Part shown: positions 11,433 through 23,200 of the stretch, piece by piece
How positions within the stretch are numbered: position 1 is the stretch's first letter
Layout of the letters: each line of letters starts with the position of its first letter
NCBI RefSeq assembly: GCF_000485595.1
Contig: NW_014577092.1
Span: forward strand, 318,143-352,659
DNA length: 34,517 nt
Source of the DNA: Priapulus caudatus
Taxonomy: Eukaryota
Reading direction: 5' to 3'
Notes under the pieces: generated by a model
Databases searched by the model: none
What the model was told of the DNA's origin: nothing
Seen by the model: only the letters and a program-made list of their open reading frames with translations
Program-made: the position numbers and the translations under genes

Positions 11433-12690
11433 GTCCACGTTACAGCGAATTCACAAACCTTACACAGTGCTGTCATCTAGTGGCAGATTACGTTAACTGC
11501 TGTTTTCAGCCCGCTCACATCTTTCATAGCACAACTAGCACAACATCGTCAACTGAGTGTTCGAAACCTGTTATATTTCGCACGTATTCTAGTGCTCTGC
11601 AAATCAGCATGGACCAGTCGTTGATACTTTTGATGTATCTCAAAGAAGATACGTCTGCTCCTTAGCTTTGCATGTCCAAAATTATTTCCTGAATTTGGAG
11701 GGATTAATAGTTACTGGCCACAAACGATTTTTATTCCATATAATATTCAATTTTGGTTGGGATCTATTTATGCTATGTTTATTTAAGTATTCTTTTTCCA
11801 CCATATCTTAAGTGGCTGTACATGGTAACATCATTTTTCAAAAACAAAAACAAATTATCCAGAAAACAACCATCCTCAACATACAACCAACTGAGACATT
11901 TTAGCATAGACAAGTATTGTCGTACTGTATTCAAAGTTACAAACAAAGCATACATTAAATTTGCTGACGAATCAAATAAATTATAGAAACATTTGCTGCC
12001 GAATGCTCTATTCATGCTACTTGTCCATGAGTATATGTACTTCTGAATTTCATTGTCAAACGCTGAAGTGAAATTACGTTTCCAATGTTAACGTAATGTT
12101 GTTTGGCGTCTGGGCTTATTGAAAAAATCAATACCCTATAATGCCTAATATTTCATTATGAAATGGTATAAAGTAATTTCCTACTAATTTTCGTTCCTTC
12201 TGAACTGAGAAGAGAAAAAAAAATTACATTCAAATATATCCTCCTGCGTATACCGGATCATTTTACCGAGCAAGCCAAAAGACCTTTTCGTGCTGATGTT
12301 TTACCCTAAGCCTTGTTCGTAGGCTTTCTCAGGTGATTTTTAAATTTCCCGTCTGAAATCGACGAATGCCTCCCAGGACAGACCACCGGGTTGTGGCAAA
12401 TATGTACATCGAGTCTCAGTTACCTCTTATAAGACGGCCAAAAGCACGTGGGTGACATACTGCTTCACTTTTACGGCAAAACAAAACACGATAAGGTGTG
12501 GGCTGCAAATCTCGAGAGAGAGAGATAGAGAGAAGATAGGTCATGTGTTACAGGAAGACTGTTTTCTGGTGACATGATCATACTGTTGCCTCAGAAGCAA
12601 TAACTTATAGAGTCTGACCATCATCGGCAGTGGGCAGTTGGTGGGCGGGAGAGCAGGGGTTGGGGGTCGTGTGGTGGGGTCGGTGAGAGT

Positions 12691-15600
12691 TCACCCGTTC
12701 ATCGTGCCATGTTCTGACGCCGCCGATTCGCTCGCCTGCAGCAGCTTCTGGTCGTTGTGAAACTTCTCTACCTGAAACAATAGAACAGCAGACGATGCAC
12801 TTGCGTTTTCGCCAATCATAAATGTTCTCGCTCGCACAACAAAAGGAGAGTCGAAATAAATCCAACCAGCAAGTGCAGTTGAAATGACGATTTGGGTTTA
12901 GATTTAGGATTTTACGTAATTTCCATTGTTAATATATAACAGTTCGAATAGTAAGGCATAGCCTTTGAGCGACCACCCCGGTTGAATTGCTGGACTATTT
13001 TTTTATAGCGAGCAAATATAAGAATTGATAAGTCAGAATTCAAACAAGGGAGCCGGAAACGGAAATGTTGTGCACGAAAGTGAGGCTCCCAGAATGCATC
13101 TTAATTAGCCAAATTTCTGGTAGGCTACCGGTTGCTTCCATCTCTTTCGCACCTCACATAACATGTTTCACCCACCGGCGGTGGTCGTATCATAATTTTT
13201 TTTCCAATTTTTTTGCATTTTTTTGCCTTGTTCTGCACTTTAAAAAGACATAGGTGGCTCCGCCCACTAATTTTAATACTAACCGCACACAAGAAACATG
13301 TTTTAATGGCTAAGAGCTAGTAGATAGTAATGTCATAGGGCCTTGGGCACACAAAGTGGCCCTCTACACAGGTTAACCCTCCTGCAGTCAACATACAGCC
13401 TACTAGCAACTTAAATTAGAAAATTGCTGCTTGCAGCTGTGATGGGAACATGCTAGCTAACAATTGTTGTCGCAAAACACGAAGATCTCCTAGCACCAAG
13501 CAACAGAATGAATCACAGACACTCAATTTTGTGAAATGCCTGCATGTATCATTGGTATAGTTTTCCACTTGTCACTACAAGACGTTGGCATTTTCTAACC
13601 GCAGTTGTTACTGTTAGCTGATAGCTTTAAAACATTAACACAGCACTATCTCAACCCTAACACATGCATGAACACAGATGACCTGCTCTCTCCAGTGAAA
13701 ACCACTCCATCAGTACAACTGTGATGGAGCAACTACCCCCAAAATACCTCCAACTCACAATTTTCCTTATGTGGTTCAGTGTTTGTTCACTGGAAGGTGC
13801 TTGCGAAATACACTTGCAGTTTTCTGGTCTGTAAGGAGGTGATATCATCACCTGATTCATCACAACTATATCCTGGCTCTGGTAATGCACAGGCTCTATC
13901 CTAAATAAATGAAAGCAAGTACATAGTTAACAGCAGATGATTACACACTGGTTGGCTATGTGCTACAGACCTTTTCATCATGACTTGGGTCATTACATAC
14001 CACTTTTTCCATTTGATCTTTACATATTTTAGACAGTCACACAATTTTTAGAAACAAATTACATTTTGATAAGCACAGCAGGGAGCACCAAGCCGTGGGA
14101 TGTCACCTAACTAATATAATCAGATATTTGTAGGCAAGTTTAGCCATTTGGAAACCTGCTTATAAAAGATTTATAAAAAATAATCCATGCTCAGCAAAAA
14201 CCAAGGTGGAAAGGGGTTTTCTTAATCACAACTTATGTCTACACAATATACACGGACCCCCTAGTATCAGTAGACAGGAATAAGTAAATTTGAAACCGTC
14301 GGATTACTTATAATTATGTTCAAGCTGGTACAAAATCGGGAAACTGTGACCGTTTATCGATGAACTGCTGAATAATATAAATTACTACAAAACTGACACA
14401 AAACATTATTTATCACTGTATTGGTTTATAGTTATACTAACGTCTTTGTAATTGCCAGATACAGCTTTTGTGCTTCGGGAGATACGTTTTCTCCAATGGA
14501 ATTGGCTTGTCTAATCTTCTCTTTCCTGCTTTGTTCCAGCCTTGAGTTGAGCTAAGTTGAGTTAAATACAAATTTAATCAATGGATTTACACTTATAACT
14601 TAGCAGTTGTATACTTTCTATAAGCATTTTATTATTTATCAATTTGATCATTTCTATACTATTAGTATTACTGTATTTCAAGTCACAGTCATATTAATCG
14701 CTTAATTATTCTAATAAACATTCTGATAAGTTATCAAATAAATACTCTTCTACATACAATTTCAAATAATTATTAAATTTGATGAGTTTAACATGGCTGC
14801 TTCAACAAGTTATAAACACCTAATAATTTAATTTCTTTAAAATAAAGTTATAAAAACTCGCAAGGAAGAATAATCCTTTAAATTACCAGTTTATTTGTCA
14901 GTTTAAATCAAAAACTGACAAGGCTAAGTTTAATTAACACTGACAGTCAGGTATTTCAGTGAATTAGTTGTCACTGCAGTCTACTTATTATTAAGTAAAC
15001 TTGGTAGTTTTAAAATAACGGACTAATCATGAATTCAAAATCATTTAATCATGAAAGAAATGAACTTCAGTAGCTGAATTGTGTGATAACTATGGCTCCT
15101 ATATTCATTTACCCTCTGGAAGTTAAGGTTAGGAACCGCAGGTAGAGTTTTGTTCTCCTCCTCGTGGATCAAACTGACGCTGCTGACCAGAGATAGGTTG
15201 ATCAAACGCACGTCACTGTTGCCAGGCTTCGAGCCATTCTTTGTCGGTGATTCTGGGGTTTGCATGGTAAAGGAATGATACTCTAGAAATACCAAAGAAA
15301 TCTAGAGCGAAAAAATCTACGAGAAACTATGAATAATATCAACATATTACTTGTACTAGATGGGCTAAATTGTATAATCTATTGTTTACCAAAGAAATTG
15401 TTGCATTAGATGAGTTACAACCTGAACTAACCTATTTGTCAAATTGATTAACAGGTAGATTTAGCCAAACTGCATCACAATAGGGTAATTCCAAAAAATG
15501 CACCGTAGCAACATCAATGACATCAAGTGACAATTTGGTACATCTACTTGAAAAACATGTGCAAAGAGTCTTGTACAGCCTTGTAACAAAGTCATTTGGT

Positions 15601-16995
15601 ATATAGGGCAGGTGTGTAGGTAATCTGTAATCTCTTAATTAAGATATCAATGCAAAGTGGAGAATTTATAAGCATTTCAGTCATAAGAAAATATAGGAAC
15701 ATGTTGTGTAAATATAAACCTGTGGAATACGTTGGAAAAAAAATTATAAAGAAAATAAGCGCGGGTTTTGAATCCGGCTTGCAAAGTTAATGCTAACTGT
15801 TCAGCCATTGATGTAGCTCTAGTACTATATATAGCCCGCGTACAGTTGCCGCAGAGCTATAGAACATTCTATTACGAATGCTCGGGACCAACTTACTCCA
15901 GCCAGTCAGCGGGAACTATGTCGCACGTGGAGGGGTGAGCGGGTTGTGTTGGTTGTGGACAAAAACATTGTTGTTGTCAAGTAACAAATTAATAATAGTA
16001 ATTTGTTCATCTTTCATGACAAAACTAATATTACAATCTTTTTTGATCGCTTAATTTGTTACTTGACAACAACAATGTTTTTGTTCACAACCAACCCAAC
16101 CCGCCCACCCCTCCACCACGTGCGGAAATACATAGTTCCCGCTGACTGGCGCTGCTGCAGTGCCACCAAAAATGGCCGTTTGAAGTTCGTAAATAATGTT
16201 CGTTCACAAGAAATACCACAAGTAGACCATTTCAACGATAGTTAGAGGTTAAATTTTAGTAGCGGATATAACTTAAGACATATTCACTTCGGATAAAAGG
16301 CATTAATTGCCTACCACAGACGTTTTATAGCCGCGAGTAACTGTAAATAAGTTGGTCCCGAGTATTCGTAATAGAATGTTCTATAGCCCTGTGGCAACTG
16401 TACGCGGGCTATAGTACTAGAGCTACCATTGATTACACTAGAAAGCCTTTCATGAATGAACCTTATGCATCACTTATCAATAACCAGGGGAAACGTCACC
16501 AATGTGATAATACTAGATGTCCTGTGTTTTGACGTCAGCGTGTAAATATTGTTTTGGCTGAACATGCCAATTCAGTAATTGTGCAGACATTGTCACTGAG
16601 GCCGATGACAAAGTGGTGTTTCTCTGTACTTTCAACTCAGCCCCATGGGCTGTTTAATAGGGTACGGAATAATAATTGTATCACTGCAAAGTAAAATTCT
16701 TGGCACAGAAAAACAGTAATATAATGATAGTATACTACATCTACAAAATAAATCATGATGAATTTATAATATATTGACCCTATTTTGACCGGCAATGTTG
16801 ATGTCCAATAATAGTGCCAATACGCGCCGAGATCTCGTGATATTATATAAATGTTTTTATAATAAGGATACTAAGTGCAAGTAACTTCGTTTGAAGGTCG
16901 TAAGCCATCACTTGACCTTGCATTTCCTGACCATAACATGTCGTGCACTTGACTTCACTTCCTATACTGAAGTATTCATTGCTGTCGGCCGACAT
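12691..16995 (-). CDS. LSM12: LSM12 homolog (Sm-like protein with anticodon-binding domain), 5 coding exons, 198 aa
   Basis: Exons 16995-16872, 15252-15113, 14551-14442, 13900-13759 and 12771-12691 join in frame (597 nt): MSADSNEYFSIGSEVKCTTCYGQEMQGQVMAYDLQTKLLAL|KSPTKNGSKPGNSDVRLINLSLV...|LNSRLEQSRKEKIRQANSIGENVSPEAQKLYLAITKT|IEPV...IVVMNQVMISPPYRPENCK...LNHIRKI|VEKFH...MNG*. This matches remembered metazoan LSM12. An in-frame alternative ATG lies at 17004. Confidence 0.95.
15253..16871 (-). other. U12-type (minor spliceosome) GT-AG intron, LSM12 intron 1
   Basis: 5' site GTATCCTTA; branch-like TTCCTTTAC about 14 nt before CCCAG; no polypyrimidine tract. Confidence 0.9.
15813..16426. mobile_element. 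MITE with ~80-bp TIRs and a nested internal inverted repeat, in LSM12 intron 1
   Basis: GTAGCTCTAGTACTATA...GGGACCAACTTA and its reverse complement at about 16348-16426. Flanking duplication cattgat. Inner inverted repeat 15901-15992 / 16051-16150. Confidence 0.85.
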
Positions 16996-17004
16996 GACTT
17001 TCAT

Positions 17005-17297
17005 GGCTCCTCTCGCTAGAATGATTTCATGTTTGAAAAAAAAACAGTCGCGGAAATAAATTATTCGTAATCGTTACAACTTAGAGTAATTAATAAATGT
17101 ATTAAAAAAATCTATGTATTTATTATTAATAATTGAAAGACACTAATATTTAAAACATTGTCAAATGAAAACATGATGGTGTGCTCATCTCTGCTTAGAG
17201 GCTGAATAAAGATGGCTGCTCCTATGATTACCCGTAGGTGTTGAAGAATGGGCAATAGACTGCCCTTTTAGATCCACTTACGTGTTATACAGCTAGC
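17005..17297. promoter_or_regulatory. Putative bidirectional promoter and 5' UTRs of LSM12 and CLP1
   Basis: Divergent start codons about 0.2-0.3 kb apart; YY1-like AAGATGGCTGC at about 17209-17219. Confidence 0.65.
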
Positions 17298-20200
17298 ATG
17301 GAGGAATCAAAAGAAAAAAATGTCGATGAGGTTAAGCTATTTCCATTGATAGATTTCTTTATTGAATGTTACAATCGATTATGCATCGGTGTACCGTAGA
17401 CTGTAAGTGTAAAGTCTAAAGACGGTATCCGTATCTGGATAGTTTACTGCTAGCTCTAGTATTACTATTAGTAACTATAGCCCGCGTACAGTTGCCGCTG
17501 TCGTAGCGGCAACTGTACGCGGGCTATAGTTACTAGAGCTCATAGGGTCTTATGTCCCCCAGGGTACTGCCGGAACGTACCCTGGCCTGGGTAATACCGG
17601 ACCGTACCCTGGTAACTATTTGATATGGTTAGGGAGTAGGCGACTTCCTACCCTAGACTCGTTAGTGGAGTAGGCGAGGTACGGTCCGGCATATTAGATA
17701 GTACCAGGGTACGTTCCGGCAGTACCCTGTGTAAAGTTATGCCTATAACTTCAGTGAGGACAAACACGTTATATATATTTTCTAGAATTAACCTTTATTC
17801 TAATCCTCCATTTCCATTCCTTCGCCACGCCTCCCTCCCTCACGCACGCCATCTCCCGGCACGTATAGTAACCGTCTACAGAGTGTTGGCTAATTAGCAG
17901 AATAACATTACATCTCCCCTTCTTTAACAAAAATGTAAGGACATGCGACTGGGTTATTGCTGATGAGTAGGTGAACTCCATGGCTAATTATAGGTTGTAA
18001 ACTGACCATATGCTTGTCCTAATGACCATATGAATAACACAATATGCTCAACAAATTTTTTGGTGCACAAAATTGGCACAACATAGATTGTTACAATGCA
18101 CAGATTACACACACAACTGACACAAATCGTCCGTACAGTTCATATATCAAGAATGTCTCTTGGTTTGACGGGACGGCCAGATCGGGTGACGTAGGGCCCG
18201 CCGGGTACTATCTCAGGTGGTCCACTGTCCACTGGTGGTCCAGGGCCACTCAGCTCAGCACTGAGGGATTCTCCTGATGATGGACTGACATGCCTGGGCT
18301 TGGACGGGGAAGTCAGAAACAAATGGCGTCTGTTACGCCTGTACTCGCCTCCTTCTGTGCGGACGTGGTACGACCTGTCAGCATCTGCTACCTTGGTGAC
18401 AGTAGCTGGCTTCCAGTGACCGTTCGCCTGCTGGATGCGTATCGCATCTCCTGGGTGGAGTGGATGTAGCGATTTTGACTGACGGTCGTAGTAGTGCTTT
18501 TGGATTCGTTGTTTTCGTAGGAGCTTGTCACGAGCATGTGCAGTGCTCACCAGTTTTGGCTCCAGCTGCTGGGCTGTGGATGGCAGAACAGACCGCAGTC
18601 GGCGGCTCATTAGCAGTTGAGCAGGCGACGCGAGATTGTCCACAGGTGTATTGCGATACTCCAGCAACGCAATGTATGGGTCTCGGCGATCGGCTTTGGC
18701 CTTCTCGAGTAGGTGCTTAGCTGTCTGGACACCCTTCTCAGCAAGGCCATTAGATTGGGGGTATACCGGGCTTGAAGTGTTATGCGTGAAGTTCCAGGAT
18801 TTGGCAAAGTCTGCAAACTCCCGCGAAGCATACTGGGGTCCATTGTCAGAGACGACTTTGTTAGGGATGCCGTGTCTGGCGAACATCCCTTTTAGCTTTC
18901 TAATCACAGTATCACTGCGAGTGTTATACAGCCTCTCTATCTCGAGATAACGACTGTAGTAGTCCACGACTATCACATAGTCTTCGTTAGTGTTCCACGT
19001 GAACAGATCTGTGGCAACGGTCTGCCACGGCCGCTCAGGCACTTCACGAGGCAACATCGGCTCCTTTGTATTCGCCATTCTATAAGACTGGCAAATAGTG
19101 CAACTGGATATTAAGTCTGCAATGTGGCTATTCATTCCAGGCCAGAACATGACGTCACGGGCTCTTTGTCGGCTTTTCTCGATTCCCATATGTCCTTGGT
19201 GTATGAGAGCTAGCATTTCCCCTCTCAACGTCTTTGGGATGACGATCTTGTCACCCTTAAAGATGATTTCCTCCATGACGGTCAACTCGTCTCTGTGATT
19301 CCAGTAGTCGAGAGCTGCTGTTGGGCATCTGTCTCGACGGCCTGGCCACCATCCTAAGATAACGTGCTTGAGTGTAGAGAGCTCATTGTCGTCATTCGTC
19401 TGAATTCTGATTTCAGAGAGCTTGTTATCCGACACCGGGATGTCGGAGACATCCTGCACCTGTGTATCGGCTCCATCACCTATGTCATCACTGTGGCCCT
19501 CGACAAATTTTCTTGAGAGTGTGTCTGCGACCGGGATATCCTTTCCGGGAATGTGGGTGACCTCTATGTCATACTTTTGCAAACGCAGCATCATCCGTTG
19601 AAGTCTGGCTGGTGCAGCAATTAGTGGTTTCTTGAGTATAAACTCGAGCGGTTTGTGGTCGGACTCAACTATGACGTGTTTACCATACACATAGTGATGG
19701 AATCTCTCACAGCCAAACAATATGGCATACATTTCTTTCTCGATCTGTGCATATTGTTGCTCAGTTGATGTCAGCGACTTGGATGCATACTCCACCGGTT
19801 TACCGTCTTGTAGCAGAACAGCTCCAAGGCCACGCTTTGATGCATCTACCTGCAGCTTAACTGTCTTGTTGGGGTCATAGTAGGCCAACACGGGGCCAGG
19901 TGTTTTTGTGATCAAGTCTTTCACCTGCTGGAGTACGGCATCCTGCTGGCTGTCCCACACAAATTCATTCTCCTTCTTAGCAAGGTCCCTGAGTGGAGCT
20001 GCTATCTCTGCTAGCCGGGGAGCGAATTTGGCCAAGTAGCCAACCATGCCTAGTATGGTCAGTAGTTCAGCACGGTCGACAGGCGGATCCATCTTCGCAA
20101 TAGCTGCTACCTTCCGGGGGTCAGGCTTCACTCCCTCGGACGACAGAATGTGACCGAAGTAGCTGACTTCAGTCATGCGGATACTACACTTGTCCTTGTT

Positions 20201-23200
20201 TAGCTTAACACCTTTCTCCTTCAGCCTCTGCAAGACCGCACGCAAGTTCATGTCGTGTTCGACTAGTGTACGTCCGTCGTCCGTACACCAATATGTCGTC
20301 GACGATTGCTGCAACACCCGGAATGCCTTCTAGTGTTTCGTCCACTTTTCGTTGGAAGACATCCTGTGCCGAGTGTATGCCGAAGGGCAAACGCGTGAAT
20401 CGATACCGTCCGGCGAACGTGTTGAACGTTGTCAATTTCGAACTCTCCTCCGATAGCTTGATGCACCAGTATCCTGATCTTGCATCAACAACGCTGAAGT
20501 ATTTTGCTCCAGCCAGTTGCACCGTGATATCTTCTAGAGTGCGCGTGGGGTAGTTTTATGGCCCGGTTGAGATCGCGAGGATCGAGACACACGCGAAGCT
20601 GTCCCGTGCGCGGTTTTTCAACTACTACGAGCGAGTTTACCCAATCCGTGGGTTCATGTACCTTCACTAGTATGCCCATCTTTTCCATGCGATCCAGCTC
20701 ATCTTTCAGCTTGCTTTTGAGAGTGAGTGGCACTCGCCGCGGTGGANNNNNNNNNNNNNNNNNNNNNNNNNGAGAATAGTGGCGCGATATCGCAAGAGGT
20801 GTTTGACAGACTACGCAACGGCAGGACTCAAAGCTAAAAGCATCTAAGTGTGCGTTCTCAGAGTAAAGTCAAGTTACTTGGCACGGTCGTCTCACCCGTT
20901 GAATAGCACGGATCCAGACAAGGTTCAAGGTCATTAAACAACAAATCGGCCGACAACAAGTCCAACAGGAGAGTACGCTCATTCTTAGGATGGCAAGTTA
21001 CTACAGGGCTCATATCAAATCTTATCGCTAGCAGATGCGCGAAGCCATTAACGACGCACTCACAGCACAAGTACGCGCAAAGTTTGCTTGGATGGCCGAT
21101 GCGGAACACGGCATTCTGCCTATTAAAACAGAAAGCTTACTGAACGCCCCCGATATTGGCTTATCGCAGATACAGGATAAAGAGTACCGTTTGTTTACGA
21201 GACGCTTCCTCTACGGCCAAGTCGGTGCAGTACTCGCTGCAGCACAGATGAGTGAAGGACAGGAAGTTTTGTGATCCAGTACGTTAGTCATGCAGTTGAA
21301 TAAGGACAGATCGTTGGCCAAGTTATAGAGAGGGAAGGGCGTTCGCCAATTATTTTTGCATTGTGCCAAATTGCGGCCCTACCTCGCTGGAGCGCAAGTT
21401 CGTTATTGTCAGTGACCATAAACTCTGAAGTATTTACTCTCACTGTCCAAATCTAAAAAATGCAAAACTGCTTCGATGGTCTAACGTTATAGCGAGCATC
21501 AACGCAACTGTTGAGTTTAGAAGTGGAGTTGCCAACAGGAATGCAGATGCGCTGTCGCGCATCAAACTGACGCATGTCAGTCGAACAAGAAATACAACAG
21601 GTAGACTACCCAGGAAGCGACAGAGACTAAGCCCGGAACCTGTCGAGGAGGCAGAAAGTCTCATGGAGGGCAGAACACAGGAAAGCGGCGGCAGCGATGC
21701 AGCAGGAAAACCGTAGCCTGCGCAGCACGGAGAAGCAGCGGTGCACAGGAGAATTCTCACTACAAATCACCAGCTAATTGTGGACTTACAGGGAATGCAA
21801 GGAGAACAGAGAGTTGACCCGCCAGCTACACAGTATTTTCAGCACTCGTAACATCGGCGACGACTGCTATAAAAGATTAGCAGATTCTGTCTGACGTGCA
21901 TGATAGATGAAGCTGGCAATGCACATCATGTCATGCCGCCTACGCGAGATCAGCGGCGTGTATGCAGCTAGTTATTCCGCGGGTATTTTCGTAGCGCGAA
22001 ATAGTCTACGGCACCACGCACGATGATCTCTACCATGGTCACGCTTGGATTTGACAAGACGTATAACAAGATTAAATCTCGATACTTCTGGCCAGGCATG
22101 TACGCGGATGTACTTAACGCATATCGGTGCTTGCATAGCATGTAAGCTCAAGAGCTAGCTAGCAATATACGTTGCACGCGATGGGTATAAAGCACCTCTG
22201 CCAAGGGGACCCTAATGGACGTTGTTGCAGTTGACACGTGTCAGTTTTTCCATTGACGTGAACGTGGCAATGAAGGTACCTCATTCACTTTCATTCTGTC
22301 TCTTACAACGTCTTGGGCCCGGAAGCCGTTTTCCTGTTAAAAACAAGACAGCGGAAGGTAAGTCGGCTCACAGCTCTTTAGCCACAGAAAATCTTTGCCG
22401 CGCCATGCGCACTCACGTATGCTTACTGTCCGACAATGGACCTGAGTACGATAGTAAACTAACTTGCGGGTCTAAACGAAACACTTAGGTATTCCTGGTG
22501 TAACGATCGCACCGTACACCTTCCGAGCAATGCGTGGGGGCGAATGAAGCGTTGCACAGGGTACTTAATTCTATGCTAGCCACCAGCAATTAAGCAAATT
22601 CGGCAGACAGATATTAGGACGCGTAAAGATTCCCCGCTGCTGGCGCATATCGTATTGAGTATTCAGCGGATAGAGCAGTATACTGCCATTCTAATGCTTC
22701 ATGTAGCGGCGCAGAGAACCGGGCAACGCCATAAGCCCTTGACAGCCTCTTACGCCAAGGGCGGAAGCAAATACGATGAGAGTCCGATCGCACAGACGAC
22801 GGAACGTCTCCATCAGGCATATGCGCATGTGAGAGCAGGACACGTCTTGGCAGCGCCTTACGCAATAAGGTTTTACTAAGCGAAAGCGCGGCTAAGCAGC
22901 TTACTTTCGAGGTCGGTGACTCCCGTTTATTATCACGAATCGCCGTGTTAAAGGCCAGGAGCACGGTAAAGAAGATTTGGCCTCACCCTTGGATCCGTGT
23001 TATCAACACAAGTCATTCAGGTGGTTAAGCTCTAAGAATTATCTCCTGCCAGCAATGAGATAACCAAAAGGGAGGTAATTGCGCATGTCGAGAATATGCG
23101 CAGCGCTCATCCCACAGAGTCCGATGGATTGCCTAAAACGCCGTCGCAAGAGGTCGGGTGGCACACGTCCCCAGCCACAAAGGGCGGCGACATAGCATAA

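Larger units (their letters stand above)
17730..20746 (-). mobile_element. 3' half of a Ty3/Gypsy (Mag-like) LTR retrotransposon: RT-RNaseH-integrase, PPT, 3' LTR
   Basis: [95 protein letters not shown]. Confidence 0.95.

Noticed and set aside
18460..20779. Plus-strand ORFs over pol
   Set aside because: Antisense shadows of retroelement coding sequence.
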